From an uncultured Acidobacteriota bacterium (GTDB lineage Bacteria > Acidobacteriota > Terriglobia > UBA7540), in assembly GCA_963838915.1 (NCBI GenBank), contig CAWIUZ010000300.1:3283-67282 (forward strand): a DNA stretch of 64,000 nucleotides, in the 5' to 3' direction. A program made the translations under genes and the position numbers. The notes below the pieces were generated by a model, which was not told the DNA's origin, searched no databases, and was given only the letters and a program-made list of their open reading frames with translations. Shown here in pieces: positions 63,809 to 64,000 of the stretch (its first letter is position 1; every line of letters starts with the position of its first letter).

Positions 63809-63862
63809 CAGATTCTTCGCTTCGCTCAGAATGACATGTCATCCTGAGCCCGTTCGCTTCGC
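63809..63862. repeat. Back-to-back REP-like family B units
   Basis: 'cagattcttcgcttcgctcagaatgaca' followed by 'tgtcatcctgagcccgttcgcttcgc'. Confidence 0.8.
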
Positions 63863-64000
63863 TCTGGGTAAACTGCGCGAAGGATCTGCTTTTCTTCGCG
63901 CGCCGCGAAGAAACTCCCCCTTACAGAGGGGTCTTCATGCCACGATCAACTCTCACGTAACAGGGCTACGCAGCCGGCGCGGCCCCAGATTCCGGCTCGA

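Noticed and set aside
1-64000. rRNA genes, tRNA-Sec, tmRNA, RNase P or other large structured RNAs
   Set aside because: None was recognised on either strand. The only RNA gene supported is tRNA-Lys at 44238-44312.

Overview
High-GC bacterial chromosomal window. Gene content looks like a soil Acidobacteriota-type genome; this is inferred from a CarboxypepD_reg-type TonB receptor, a CRTAC1/ASPIC protein, Tat-signal xylose-isomerase-like proteins and a fused LptFG, with no search run. The intact backbone holds two adjacent succinate dehydrogenase/fumarate reductase operons, lptF-lptG fusion, NUDIX, amidohydrolase, two Tmk-like kinases, CHAD, hom, tRNA-Lys(UUU), fucI with two TIM-barrel isomerases, larC, metG, tatD, gatC-gatA, maf, selB, a DUF481 outer-membrane protein and a HAD phosphatase. 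The first ~16 kb is a decayed accessory stretch. A DegT aminotransferase, a GH+Fn3 hydrolase, a ceramidase-like gene and a TonB-dependent receptor are each broken by 1-5 frameshifts, while neighbouring genes are intact. There are two IS elements. One is an IS3 copy with a T_TTT_TTC slippery site plus an extra disruption. The other is an ISAs1-type element whose transposase carries an N-terminal DUF4338 (DruA-like) domain and is split exactly at an A_AAA_AAG heptamer. Main leads: (1) a two-gene AAA-ATPase (DUF3696-like tail) + PIN-like nuclease module at 34.9-36.8 kb, a candidate defence/abortive-infection system that I cannot assign to a named system. (2) Short tandem heptamer arrays, often as inverted pairs, at nearly every operon boundary from 26.8 to 63.1 kb. 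Some abut start codons that lack a Shine-Dalgarno, one sits in frame inside metG, and one sits at the frameshift point of a four-helix-bundle gene. (3) Three REP/MITE-like repeat families that invade operon spacers and create many spurious ORFs in the supplied track. All family names come from motif recognition by eye; no database search was run.
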